Assembly (NCBI GenBank): GCA_051362555.1
Contig: CM120644.1
Location: 24,574,534 to 24,638,533 of the forward strand
DNA length: 64,000 nucleotides
Direction: 5' to 3'
Source of the DNA: Lingula anatina
Taxonomy: Eukaryota; Animalia; Brachiopoda
In this document: positions 11,243 through 24,245 of the stretch, one piece after another
Layout of the letters: each line of letters starts with the position of its first letter
Position numbering within the stretch: position 1 is the first letter of the stretch
Translations under genes and position numbers: made by a program
The notes under the pieces: generated by a model
What the model saw: only the letters and a program-made list of their open reading frames with translations
What the model was told of the DNA's origin: nothing
Database searches by the model: none

Positions 11243-13453
11243 ATGGCAATGGCTTCGAAAGAGATGTGCAGCGTCTTCAGTGAGAACTTTTTAACGTGTC
11301 ATATATGTCTGGAGGAATATAAAGACCCGAGAGTGCTCCCCTGTTACCACACGTTCTGCCTAGAATGCATTGCTGACCATGCAGCCAAGAATGGTGTCCA
11401 GAACAAGTTCTCCTGTCCCGTGTGTCGCCAAGAGACCCCCGTACCACCAGGTGGGTTAGAAACACTCGTGAAAAACTTCTTCTTAAGAAAAGTAACAGAC
11501 TTTATGAAAGACCAGAGAGCGCCCGAGGGGAGACTTTGTGAATATTGTAACCATAAAGAGGCCACATTCATGTGCAAAGGATGTCCAAAAACCAACCAAC
11601 TCTGCGCTACATGTCGTGGCATTCACGACAAAATACCGTTTTGTGAGGGTCATTCGTTAGTACCTCTGTCACAAGTCGATTTCTCAGTTAACACTGCTGA
11701 CATGCGAGATCAGTTACGTTACGTATTAGATAAAGCTCAAAAGTGCGATAAACACGACGGAGAAACGCTGGCATACTATTGTGAAAACGATGACACTGTA
11801 ATATGCAGAGAATGCATTGTAGAAACTCACAGTAAACACGAATTCCAAAAATTAGGGGAAGTGGTGAAAGTTCAACGAGATCTAATACAGGCCAAGCTTA
11901 ACTGTCTAACAACCGAAAAACTGTCTCGTTTTGAAAAGGCAGAAAAAGCCATTGTGGAAACTGAAGACGGGCTGACTGAAAATCAGACAAAGGTTATCCG
12001 TTTGGTGGATTCTCAGCAATTATCTATGACTAAGGAGATAAAAGAAAACAGTAAAAAAATTGAAAGAGAAATTAAAAATTATTATCAACAAATAGAGAAG
12101 GACGTACGTCAACAGACAGACGAATATTTGAGCACTGTCAAACAGCATTTGGACACTTATGAAACAAAAGTACAGTCAGATTACATCAAAGTGCAGAAAG
12201 TTATAGATGACAAAAGCAACGAAATAACGACAGAAGTTAAGGCACTCACCTCCACCCAGGTGAAAACTTTAGAAGCTGAAAAAGACAAGCAAGAAATGAA
12301 CAAGATTTCCATTCAGAGTATTCGTGATTTCGCTCAACAGCTCACAGACACTGGTTCTGACATCGAGGTCATGACCCACTCTAAAAAACTCCAAACTAGA
12401 ATCCAGGAGTTAGAGACAATAGAACCAGTCTTTAATACCAATATCACCGACATAACATTTACACCAGGACAAACAGAAATGGACGCTGTCCTACAATTAC
12501 CTAAAATCCCTGAACCACGGCCGTTGTCCATCAAAACGGTGTCCATTACGGCCAAAACATACCGGGGTCCCTTGGATGCATATTTTGGAAGTTTAAAACA
12601 AAAGAGAGCGAACTATCCTGCTCTGAATGAATTTATGAAGGTAACCTGGCTTGATAAGCCTGAGCGGAATGTTTGTTTGAAAGTGGGGGGTTTGCTGCGG
12701 GATATCCAGTGCACAGATGACGGTTGCATTTTAGCTGTACATGATGCCTTTTCCTGTGGTAAAACAGTGTCTGTATTCTCCAGCACAGGTCAATGTAATC
12801 GTGAGATCAGTATAGAGGGAGAGGCGAGGTATATCACTACAGTCAGTAACGATAGATTCGTGGTCACATGCAGAGATAAATGCTGTAGACTGTATTCAAC
12901 TTCAGGTCAGTTTATCCGATGTTTTGGTCAGTGTGATATGTCTGACCCCTTGGGAGTCACTGTGGACCGTGCAGAGGGTAAGGTGTACGTGTGCGATAGT
13001 GGTGCACAGTGCATCTGTGTGTACGACATGATATCATTTCAACTTGTTAACAGAATTTCTATCCCAATGTGCAGTAAAGGTTCACTGCGCTGTGCATACC
13101 ACCACGGCATCAATGCAATCATAGTCAGCGACTACAGTGCCCACTGTGTGTATGCAGTGACCCCCCAGGGTGACGTCATGTTCCAATATGGAGCACAAGG
13201 TCAGAGTGGAAAAGGAGACGGACAACTGAGGAATCCACGAGGAGTGTGCGTAGATAAGTTTGGACACATATTCATAGCTGACAGTGGTAATCAAAGGGTG
13301 GTTGTCATTGGTTCAGACGGAACATTTCTACGTAACATTTTGACAAGGAATGACATCACTGGGAAGCCTGTGTCAGTTGATGTCAACAGTAACGGGGAAC
13401 TTGTTGTTGGAACGTACAATGATGAAATATCCACGCATAAGTATATCGCTTAG
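11243..13453 (+). CDS. Intronless TRIM-NHL E3 ligase-like protein, copy 1 (736 aa; RING, two B-boxes, coiled coil, NHL propeller)
   Basis: C3HC4 RING CHIC..LPCYHTFCLEC..CPVC; B-box2 CDKH..YYCENDDTVICRECIVETHSKH; long heptad region; NHL GQLRNPRGVCVDKFGHIFIADSGNQRV; first in-frame ATG at 11243 (the track uses an upstream GTG). Confidence 0.95.
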   Translation: MAMASKEMCSVFSENFLTCHICLEEYKDPRVLPCYHTFCLECIADHAAKNGVQNKFSCPVCRQETPVPPGGLETLVKNFFLRKVTDFMKDQRAPEGRLCEYCNHKEATFMCKGCPKTNQLCATCRGIHDKIPFCEGHSLVPLSQVDFSVNTADMRDQLRYVLDKAQKCDKHDGETLAYYCENDDTVICRECIVETHSKHEFQKLGEVVKVQRDLIQAKLNCLTTEKLSRFEKAEKAIVETEDGLTENQTKVIRLVDSQQLSMTKEIKENSKKIEREIKNYYQQIEKDVRQQTDEYLSTVKQHLDTYETKVQSDYIKVQKVIDDKSNEITTEVKALTSTQVKTLEAEKDKQEMNKISIQSIRDFAQQLTDTGSDIEVMTHSKKLQTRIQELETIEPVFNTNITDITFTPGQTEMDAVLQLPKIPEPRPLSIKTVSITAKTYRGPLDAYFGSLKQKRANYPALNEFMKVTWLDKPERNVCLKVGGLLRDIQCTDDGCILAVHDAFSCGKTVSVFSSTGQCNREISIEGEARYITTVSNDRFVVTCRDKCCRLYSTSGQFIRCFGQCDMSDPLGVTVDRAEGKVYVCDSGAQCICVYDMISFQLVNRISIPMCSKGSLRCAYHHGINAIIVSDYSAHCVYAVTPQGDVMFQYGAQGQSGKGDGQLRNPRGVCVDKFGHIFIADSGNQRVVVIGSDGTFLRNILTRNDITGKPVSVDVNSNGELVVGTYNDEISTHKYIA

Positions 13454-14714
13454 CAATGGCTTATAGATTTTACACTGAGATAATGAACGAATCTTAGAAT
13501 GAACCGGTAATACATGTATGATCGTTTAATATGCACACTGAAAGTATATATAAATTCTACATGAAGAAGACAAATATCAGCATAAAGACACTTTTACTCT
13601 TTGCAAACCAACATGTTATGTATATAATTTATTTCATTCATAGTTTTTTTAGAATTTAATTGTTGACAGTGGACTTTATGTTAATCTGTTAATGGAACTA
13701 TAAAACTATGAGACTAGTTGACGTTATCTTTTTTTTTTTTTTTTTTTTCATGCGAATGATATTAACAGGCATTTGTTTGATATATATTTTAACAAGAAAT
13801 ATAATATATAGATAAGTCTTTTTTTAGTTATTGGCATTACTTAAAAGTACAATTTGATATTTTAGAAATAAAATCAAGTGAGCTTTGGTCATGTTAATTG
13901 TCTTTATTAATATTATTTTGCTAATCACTAAGATTCAGCTTAGCAAAAGCAGACGTGAGCAGAACATTAAAAAAAGTCTTTATCATTTTAATGTCGACTG
14001 TGAAGTGGCTCCGGGTATTATTAAACAAATAGTGCACAGTTTTGAGGGGACTCCAAATGTAATGCCCATTTAGAGAAATCCGAGCAGGACCCCTGCTTTC
14101 TCTCACTGGCCTCTGTTCTTCGTCAGGACTGTGGTCTTTTAATGGTAGAGAAGTATCCATCCAAAAGACGCGTAGGGCTCTAAGATACTATAGTTCGACA
14201 AATGGATTGGTAGAACACACGGATTCGAAGGGAAAACTACACATATTGTATAAAAATGCATTGTCTTTAAATACCTTAAAATGTAATAAATATATAAAGA
14301 AAGAAAGAAAAAAAGAAAAAAAAAACAGTGGCTGATTTTAACACTTACAATTCTTCCATGTACACAACATTGCAGGTGGCAGAAGTGAGAGAGCAGATTT
14401 TCAAGCTATCCTTAGGGCCAACACGTGACAGTACTAGTGCAACGTACAGTATGCCGTGCAGAAAAAAATGTTTACCATTTTCTACTTATGCCTCCTTTCA
14501 TTTAAAGGTGAAAAAAAAACCTGCCGTAAACGCCCTCCATGCTTTGGCATTAAATATAGGTACAGCGTTAGGCGCTCAGAGCCGATGTTTTCAGAAAACA
14601 CCTCCCACCGAATGTTATCCACTTGCAAAAACCACGATCAAAAATTATCATCAAAAGCAGTGAAATGATATCATTTGCACGGGTTTAATTTAACACTACG
14701 TCGACACTGTCAAA

Positions 14715-14898
14715 GGGACCATTCCCACAGATATTTGGATCGATCTATCTCCTTGGGGAGTCTCACTAAATTGCTACTAACTTAACCAGCTTAAATGTCT
14801 GCCACGCTTAGTTGAGCTGTTAGGGGGTTATTTTCTTTACCTCCTAGCTGATTGGGGAGTTAGACTGATTTAGATGGATCTAGACATGGGAACCCAGT
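14715..14898 (-). mobile_element. PIF/Harbinger-like MITE family A, diverged inverted copy
   Basis: CATTCCCACAGA..GATCGATCTA terminus and GGGGAGTCTCACTA match the reverse complement of the copies at 15846 and 62777. Confidence 0.6.
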
Positions 14899-15845
14899 TG
14901 AAGAGTCATTGGATCGTTCATGCATGATGACATATAGCACGGGAACTCACTGCAATCGAGATTAGCGGGAACAAAGATGGGCGTTTCCTCTCTTATGGAT
15001 ACACGGGGCTACCTGAATCCCAACATTGAGGGAGCGGTCGTTGAGGGGGGGGGGGGTTCCAGCTAGAATATTGTGGTTGAAAACAATAGCGTTAATAGGA
15101 TTTCTAAAAAAAAATGTAAATTAACTCGCATTATTTCCAGTGAACGCGGTTCAGGTGTATTATAACGTGGCGTTATATTACCTAATATGCTACCCATTCA
15201 ACTAAATTCAAGTCATTTGTTGGATTAGCTGCAGAAATTCATTGCTCCTATCTGCAATTTACACAGTACGGTTTCTTTTTTTTAATGGCAGCAATTCGCT
15301 CGCGACAATGAATGGATGTCCGCCGTAATACATGTCCGTAGGAATGAGTGTTCTATTATCCGACAAAAACACCGTGTCTCCGGATTCCCAACAGTATGTC
15401 TTTTCTCCTTTTTTTATCTTTGCTTGAGCCGCTATGCATATAGCACATACGGTATTATACCCGCACAGTTGAATTGAATATCAACATTTCTGACCTAAGA
15501 GAGTAACCCTTGTAATCTAACTAGAGTTAAAAGTGTTTAAATCATCCGAGATATTATAATGATATCCCAGATTGTAAACAAAGAACATAAAGATATCAAT
15601 TTGCACACGTTTCGACTTTACAAAGCAGTTAGTTTGATATGTACTTCACACCATGAGTCTACACCCTGAATATACAACGTTTAAATGTGGCACAGTGGTT
15701 TATCTTTTATGCTCAGTTTAGTAGTGTAATTTTAGCTTGAATGGAGATGATCAGGGCGCATGACAAGCAAAGTGAATTGCGGAGAAAATGAAAAATTGGG
15801 AACAGCACCTTCATGAGCCACGTTTTATGATTCTCGCAAGTCTAT

Positions 15846-16060
15846 CACCCCATTCTCATAGATTAGATCGACCTACATTGGATCGACCTAACTCCCTGGG
15901 GGTTCACGCTAAATAGCTGTCAGCCGGGCGGACACGAAAGTTAATTACCCCTTAAAGCTTGTAGTAGGCGGGGACGGACACTTAAGGGGGATTATCTGAC
16001 AGTAATCTAGTGAGACTCCCCGCAGTGATAGATCGATCTAAAAGTTGTGAGAACAGAGCC
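15846..16060 (+). mobile_element. PIF/Harbinger-like MITE family A
   Basis: Collinear with 62777-62984 (AACTCCCTGGGGGTTCACGCTAAATAGCTGTCAG, CAGTAATCTAGTGAGACTCCCC); imperfect TIRs. Confidence 0.7.
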
Positions 16061-16734
16061 TATGTCACCAGTGTCAAATATGATTACAATTCTGACCTAT
16101 GGCAAAATATAATGATATTACCGCACATAGAATGTAGAGTTTATGATCTTTAAAAAACGGGAAGCGACTCTTAGGTCTAAAGATAACCTCGAAGAATGGC
16201 AACCAAAGCATGCGATATGCCACATGGACGAATTCACCAGTGGTGACAATAACATGTCGATTCTAAGAGCTTTACTCGACAGTTACTTTCAAGAAGGTGG
16301 CGGCGAATATCTGCATTCCACGTTAAATAACATTTCGAACTAACCAAGAGCGACGGCGCAGAACTTGAAGAAAATCTCGTCAAAGAAGCCGAGCTATGTC
16401 ATATTGGAGAATTACCAATTCTAATGATGGTTCAGAAATACCGTTGTCTGCTAGGTTGCTCTATCAGATGGTGTTAACCATTGAACTCAATGATAATTAC
16501 TACAGTCACCCAGGCGCGAGGACGGACAGGACGAGTCTTAAACACTGGGGTCGGGCAACGGGTCAAAGATTTTGAATTTTTTTAAAATAAGAAAATACAT
16601 TTTATAGTCTTGTCTACAGACTAAGATCGAAGATATTTTGGCAGATTTACACTAATGATGGTTTTTACCCTCATTCTTTTACTTGTTATCGATTTATATC
16701 AGTAGACCTACTGAGAAGTAAAAAAAAAATAATA

Positions 16735-16765
<31 letters not shown>

Positions 16766-19700
16766 CTTCATAGCTTATATAAATTTTCATAAAAAATGTG
16801 GGTATGTTTGGGTGTTGAGGCCTCCCAACAGTGTATATTCAAGTCAATTTATTCCGACTTCCCGCCATGACAAGGTACTATACTGCAATTAATAGCTAAC
16901 AACGATTTTTTTTACATATCTATGGCAGATCACCATTTTTAATATCATTTTTCTTATTGAATTTACGATTTTATTGACAGAACCTGCGAAAGGAAGGAAA
17001 AAATTATTTTAAAAAGCTTCAACATTTATTCCTCATTGTTAATTTGTTTGCTTGTGTGTTGTAAATTCCCACCCACTGTGACGTACGATGTTTCAATATT
17101 AAATATAATAATTTCAACTGTTATGGATTATATACCATATATATATATATATTTACTATTATTCGCTGAAGTAATATGTTGAATTTTGTAAGGGTGTTTG
17201 ACATTCCCATAATCAAAAACGCTGACATAAAAAAGGTGGAATACGCCTTCATTATTTGAAGAATTTTAGGCGGAGTTTTGTAGTGGGGGTGTAATTCTCT
17301 TTATAATGACTACCTGTTTGAATATTGTCGCCCAACCCATGTTTGTAAGAGTCAGCATCAAAGGACATCTTAGTGGTAATCTCTAACACACCCCTGTACT
17401 TTGCAAACTTTTCTGTGCAGCCGCCATCATGGTATTTTGAAATCATTTCAGCAGTCAGCAGATACAGATTCTGGGGTGAAAAAGCCTATATTATGGTGTA
17501 ATATGGGGGTCTTCTTTTCGATCGGATCTTTAACAGGGACTATTTGTTCTATGGCCAATGGAATTCCCCAGATAGTTCTATCGGGTGAATTTATCAGACA
17601 TATCACACTGTCATCTTCATACTACCGGGTATTTAGCTACTTGAGCATGAAGGCGTATCCCTACGCCTCCCTCCGTCACAACATAATTTTCCATGGTTAA
17701 GCTCGTCATTAAACTGAAATTTTGATGTTCGATTGTAACATTTTAATAGATGGGTACATGTACGAAAATAATATAAGTGTGGGGGTGGGAGTCGGGGTTG
17801 GGCTGCTCATTTAGATAATAATTATAGCAAGGGAATTTCCCTTAATCGCGGTCGAGCTTACGGCTGACGCGTTGAAAAAATGTGTTTTGGCGGACGATGA
17901 GGGGGATAACTAAGCCCCCCCCCCAACTTCCAGCCTCCCCCCTCCTCCTCCAATACACAACCCCAGTTCTAACGCCTATACTATTATATCCACAAATTCA
18001 CCATTGAAAACATCACTATGTCTCAGTACACGGTGCAAGGAATTCATATACGAGGTTTATCTTTATCTCCGCCCCATTATAGCAACGATGATGGCGTCTG
18101 ATCGACCAGGCAAATTGTCGTTATTTTCTTTCCTTGTCGTAAATAACTGGATGGTTAGGATATTAAAATAGTATCATGTGGTCAGCGATATTATAAAGGT
18201 CCACCCTGCGCGTGCGGTCACTTTATGGTAGGGTCAACCACTAGTGTGAGAACTTTGACATCCAATTAGGGGGGAAGGTGGGGGTTTAAGATATAAAATT
18301 GTTGCGGTAACCTTAACATGACTGGGCTATTCTTCTTTGGTGTATTTAACACATTTCTTTGCGAGGAGCGATGTGATCAATTTTGAATGATGACTATATA
18401 TGGTCTACTTAAATATAATTTTTCAACAACATTGTCTTAAAATGCAAATAATATTAAAAAAGAAAATTAGACGAGTTAAAATGAAGCTACATGTATGGCG
18501 TACATTTTATCAGTGTATTTGGGCGAGTCATACATACGTACATACTCGTGTTTTACTGTTTGTTATCTTTTCAATTTATTCATAAATAGAATTATTCAAT
18601 GTTAGATGTCACGCCGCCTGGTGATTCATAGGACATGTATTTTAGGGGACTTCCGCTAGCTGTGACTATTTCTTCTTGTAATAGTGGATATCTTTTGTTT
18701 TTCTTTTGTTTTCCTCTTTCAGTGGGTAGGTCCATGGTCACGATCTGTCCTGCCTCATCTGGTCCATCTGAGGTCAGGGGTTCTATTATCACGATGACAG
18801 ACACAAAAGTCTGCAGGGATGTATTTATTTGCAATACCAAAGAACAGTCAATCAGCATGAAAATTGTGCCGGTTTAATTCAGGGAGGAGAATAATGGTAT
18901 ACAAATATCTCGTATGGTGCCACCTTAATTTTTATCCTTGTACAATGTATCTGTTCAGTCTGTTTTCTTTAACTTTTATTTTTTTTCCTCATCAATCTGT
19001 CGTATTTCATCTTTCTACCTGTATCTGCTTTCCCATCTTTTCATTCTCTTTCTCTCTCTCTCTCATATACACACACGCACACACACACACACATACTTGT
19101 CTATGTGTACCAACCGAGGACATCAGCACAACACCATACAACCGAGGACATCTTATTCCTTGCTTAAATCAAAATAAAAACATTCAATTTAGGGTAAAAT
19201 CTATTCGAGTATGAATGTTATAAATTAATTTTTTATAAAAACTAATTTTTTGCTGACAAGAATTTTACATTCTAACCGAGGACACACACGGACACACACA
19301 CGGACAGACACTACACATTACAACCGAGGACATGCATGCATCTACATGTAATAATGATTGTACTTTTAATGCAAAGCAAATTTTATATAGCGTTACTTTG
19401 CAGCAATTCACATTTTTATGAAATTCTTTCATATTTAAGGTAAATTCCAAAATAACACCAGAGGTGATGATTAAATGAACAGTTATACAATATTTAATGC
19501 TGGGCTTTGCCACTTTTTTAGAATTGAAGATTATGAGATAAAACATCAATTAATTTAGGAAAAGAAAGGATACTGATGAAATAAAATAAAAGACCAAAGA
19601 AATTCGTTTTCAAACATTTTATTTTCATAATGCTTATTTTCTATTTAGCACTCTTTTATTATCATGAATTTTATATTTTGATAACACAAAGTGTCGTCCA

Positions 19701-20099
19701 TTGGATACAGACTTGCACAGTACACAATTTTACAATTGAGGACATCATGCCAGCAGCACCCAAAATTGTGCTTTCTTCCAATTTGATGCAATATTATATA
19801 ATGCTTAACAGCATAATGATCATCAATTTTTTATAATAAAATATTAGTATCATGAATATTCAGAAAATGTGACTAGCAAAGGTTTTCAGGTTCATGGAAC
19901 TCCAAAGTCATACTTTGAAAATGCTAAATGTATACAAGAGAGCACTGTACTGAAATGGGTTTCTTTCCATTTTTAACTTTTTTACATAAAATAATACAGT
20001 TTACTGCCATTTCACATGATCAGCTAAGAAAATTGTTGAGATGGCAAAAATATCAATATAACAAGTTTAAATGTCCAATTTCCTCCATTCCGAACATTG

Positions 20100-23000
20100 T
20101 GAATGATTGAATCTGACAAACTACAATGATACCAGTTCATTTCCATTTTGGCACTTTTTTTTACACAATACAAGATAACAGGTTTACCACCATTTTTATA
20201 TAATCAACTAGCAATATTGTCAAGACGCAGAAATTGTCAAACAACCCATTTTACATATCTAGTAAATTCAATAATGAGACTGTTTACATGCCTGACAATC
20301 AAATCTGAGGAAAACCACTTATATACAAATAAAAGCTGAAGTCCCTCAAAACTCAACCAATCAATCTTATTTTTAAATTTGATTTGTATATAGATAACAT
20401 TGATCACTCTTGTGAGTTTAATGACAACAGGCCTATCGGTTCTCCCTGAAATGTGCTTACAGTGTTACTAATATGCTTTTACTAATAATCATCAGTTCTG
20501 TGAGTTTCATGAAAACAGGCTTTAAGTTATTGGTTCTCCCTGAAATGTGCTTACAGTGTTACATATATGCTGAAAAAATAAAAAATAAAAAAATAAAAAA
20601 TAAATAAAAAGCATAAAATTTGAAAGAAAAGGGCCTGGTCTTGCTGATTTTCAATCTTGACCATTCTTTTACTAATAATCATCAGTTCTGTGAGTTTCAT
20701 GAAAACAGGCTTATTGGTTCTCCTTGAAATATGTTAACAGTGTTGCATGTACACTGAAAAAAGGAGAAAAAAATGCAAAACTTTTGAAAATAATCACCCC
20801 ATTTCCTCCATTTTGAGACACTGTATTACACAGTACATGATAACATGTTTACCGTCATATTTATATAATCAACTAGCAATGTTGTAAAGATGCAGACAAT
20901 TTCAGAGAAACACTAACATATTTACATATCTAGTTAATTCAATAATGAAACTGTCAACATGCCTGACAATCAAATCTGAGGAAAACCACTTATATACAAA
21001 TAAAAGCTGAAGTCCCTCAGAACTCAACCAATCAATCTTATTTTTAAATTTGATTTGTATATAGATAACATTGATCACTCTTGTGAGGTTAATGACAACA
21101 GGCCTATCGGTTCTCCCTGAAATGTGCTTACAGTGTTACTTATATGCTGAAAAAAAAAACAGCATAACATTTGAAAGAAAAGGGCCTGGTCATGCTGATT
21201 TTCAATCTTGACCATTCTTTTACTTATAATCATCAGTTCTGTGAGTTTTATGAAAAGAGGCCTATTGGTTCTCCTTGAAATGTGTTTACAGTGTTACTTA
21301 TATGCTTAAAAAAAACAGCATAACATTTGAAAGAAAAGGGCCTGGTCATGCTGATTTTCAATCTTGACCATTCTTTTACTAATAATCATCAGTTCTGTGA
21401 GTTTCGTGAAAACAGGCTTATTGGTTCTCCTTGAAATGTGCTTACAGTGTTACATATATGCTGAAAAAAAAACAGCATAACATTTGAAAGAAAAGGGCCT
21501 GGTCATGCTGATTTTCAATCTTGATCATTCTTTTTAATTTACTAATAATCATCAGTTCTCTGAGTTTCATGAAAACAGGCCTATTGGTTCTCCTTGAAGT
21601 GTGTTTACAGTGTTGCATGTACACTGAAAAAAGGAGAAAAAAATGCAAAACTTTTGAAAATAATCACCCCATTACCTCCATTTTGAGACACTGTATTACA
21701 CAGTACATGATAACATGTTTACCGTCATATTTATATAATCAACTAGCAATGTTGTAAAGATGCAGAAAATTTCAGACAAACACTAACATATTTACATATC
21801 TAGTTAGTTCAATAACGAAACTGTCAACATGCCTGACAATCAAATCTGAGGAAAACCACTTATATACAAATAAAAGCTGAAGTCCCTCAAAACTCAACCA
21901 ATCAATCTTATTTTTAAACTTGATTTGTATATAGATAACATTGATTACTCCTGTGAGTTTCATGAAAACAGGCTTATTGGTTCTCCCTGAAATGTGCTTA
22001 CAGTGTTACTTATATGCTGAAAAAAAAAAAAAACAGCATAACATTTGAAAGAAAAGGGCCTGGTCATGCTGATTTTCAATCTTGACCATTCTTTTACTTA
22101 TAATCATCAGTTCTGTGAGTTTTATGAAAAGAGGCCTATTGGTTCTCCTTTAAATGTGTTTACAGTGTTACTTATATGCTTAAAAAAACAGCATAACATT
22201 TGAAAGAAAAGGGCCTGGTCATGCTGATTTTCAATCTTGACCATTCTTTTACTAATAATCATCAGTTCTGTGAGTTTCATGAAAACAGGCTTATTGGTTC
22301 TCCTTGAAATGTGCTTACAGTGTTACATATATGCTGAAAAAAAACCAGCATAACATTTGAAAGAAAAGGGCCTGGTCATGCTGATTTTCAATCTTGATCA
22401 TTCTTTTTAATTTACTAATAATCATCAGTTCTCTGAGTTTCGTGAAAACAGGCCTATTGGTTCTCCTTGAAGTGTGTTTACAGTGTTGCATGTACACTGA
22501 AAAAAGGAGAAAAAAAATGCAAAACTTTTGAAAATAATCACCCCATTTCCTCCATTTTGAGACACTGTATTACACAGTACATGATAACATGTTTACCGTC
22601 ATATTAATATAATTAACTAGCAATGTTGTAAAGATGCAGAAAATTTCAGACAAACACTAACATATTTACATATCTAGTTAGTTCAATAACGAAACTGTCA
22701 ACATGCCTGACAATCAAATCTGAGGAAAACCACTTATATATATCAAAACAAGGCACAACTTCCACAAAACTCAACCAATCAATCCTATTTTCAAACTTGA
22801 TTTGTATATTGGTAACATTGATCACTCCTGTGAGTTTAATGACAACAGGCCTATCGGTTCTCCCTGAAATGTGCTTACAGTGTTACTTATATGCTGAAAA
22901 TGGCAGAAAAAAAAACAGCATAACTTTTGACAAAAAATGGCCCGGTTATGCCGATTTTTGATCTTGACAACCCTTTTACTAATAATCATCAGTTCTGTGA

Positions 23001-23280
23001 GTTTCATGACAATGGACCTATTGCTTCCCCTTGAACTGTGTTTACATTGTTGCATGTATGCTGAAAAAAGCAAAAACAACAGCAAATTTTCTGAAAAAAA
23101 AAGCAGCCCATTATGAAGATTTTCAAACTTGACCTGCGTTTAACTAATATTCATCAGTTCTGTGAGTTTCATGAAAATAGACCTATCGGTTCTCTTTAAA
23201 ATGTTGCATCGCATATAATATTATGCTGAGAAAAGGGAAAAACAGCAACTTTGTAAAATTGGCCAGATCACACTGATTAC
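20100..23280. repeat. Higher-order tandem repeat: about 870-bp unit containing about 156-163-bp subunits
   Basis: TGTTGCATGTACACTGAAAA at 20741, 21611 and 22484; CATCAGTTCT subunit anchors at 21231, 21387 and 21550; degenerate edges. Confidence 0.92.
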
Positions 23281-23719
23281 GTTGATTGCAATTTATATAG
23301 CATTCCTTCTGAGAGAAATCGATCCATAGTTAGTACGATAGGATCTGGGAACGGTCCCTTAATCGTTTTTGCCGTGTGCATATCCGAACTGTAGGCCTAT
23401 ATATCAGGACGCGTAATTGTCGGTGCGTCTTTTTTTTTCTTTTTTTATTTCACAAAGCGGTTCTTGCAAATGCGGTGTTTATGAATATGTGTGCTCTGTG
23501 TTAGCGACATGGACCGACAGGGGCCCATTCAAAATATAATTTCACTTCAGTTGTTAGATTTAGTATTTATTCTAGCAGCCAGGTGTATAACAAACAGGTC
23601 AGATCTACAGGTGAAAAGAAGTGACTGTAGTTCGCAGAGCCATTATGTAATAATAAATGTTTCATAATGTCATAGCCTTCTTCAAACTGTCAGGGGTAGA
23701 TTAATTCATAGTTAGCTAA

Positions 23720-23932
23720 GGGGCCCTTTACACTGGACGGCGTCCTTTCTGCGTCCTGTAGTACGGATCCATTTGAGAGTACAAAATTATAATACTTAAC
23801 TTTCTGACAACTGGCCAATCACCAAATATTCATTTTTTTCAACCAAAGCAATGCTTGTACCTCCTTTCTACGACCACAGTGATGCCAGTTTCTTGGTCGC
23901 ACAAAGGACGCCGCCCCAGTGTAAAAGGGGTT
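23720..23932. mobile_element. PIF/Harbinger-like MITE
   Basis: About 35-bp imperfect TIRs (CCCTTTACACTGGACGGCGTCCTTT / AAAGGACGCCGCCCCAGTGTAAAAGGGG); left flank TAA, right flank TAC. Confidence 0.7.
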
Positions 23933-23962
23933 TACGGACGATCCATTTACCCTTTTCATTTA

Positions 23963-24214
23963 CTCTGAAGTATCGAATAAAAGAACTGATGGAATAAAAG
24001 TACTGGGTGGAAAAAATCTCAAAATTTAATAAAAGTACTGATGGAATAAAAGTACTGGGTGTAAAAAATCTCGAAATTTAATAAAAGTACTGGATGGAAT
24101 AAAAGTACTGGGTGGAAAAAACCTTTGCACCACTCCCCCCCCCCAAATAAAAAATGAAATAAATAAATAAAAGTAAAGAAGAAGAAGAGAAAGAAAAAAG
24201 CTAGCTATTGATCA

Positions 24215-24245
<31 letters not shown>

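Noticed and set aside
16143-16480. Short coding-looking ORF and adjacent open frame
   Set aside because: No recognisable domain, no convincing splice sites, frame broken; cannot be supported without a search
18592-18858. Minus-strand 88-aa ORF preceded by a possible CAG acceptor
   Set aside because: No recognisable motif or partner exons; adjacent to repeat-derived sequence
20100-23280. Repeat-spacer-like periodicity suggesting a CRISPR array
   Set aside because: Units are 156-870 bp with repeated rather than unique intervening sequence; eukaryotic context; no cas genes
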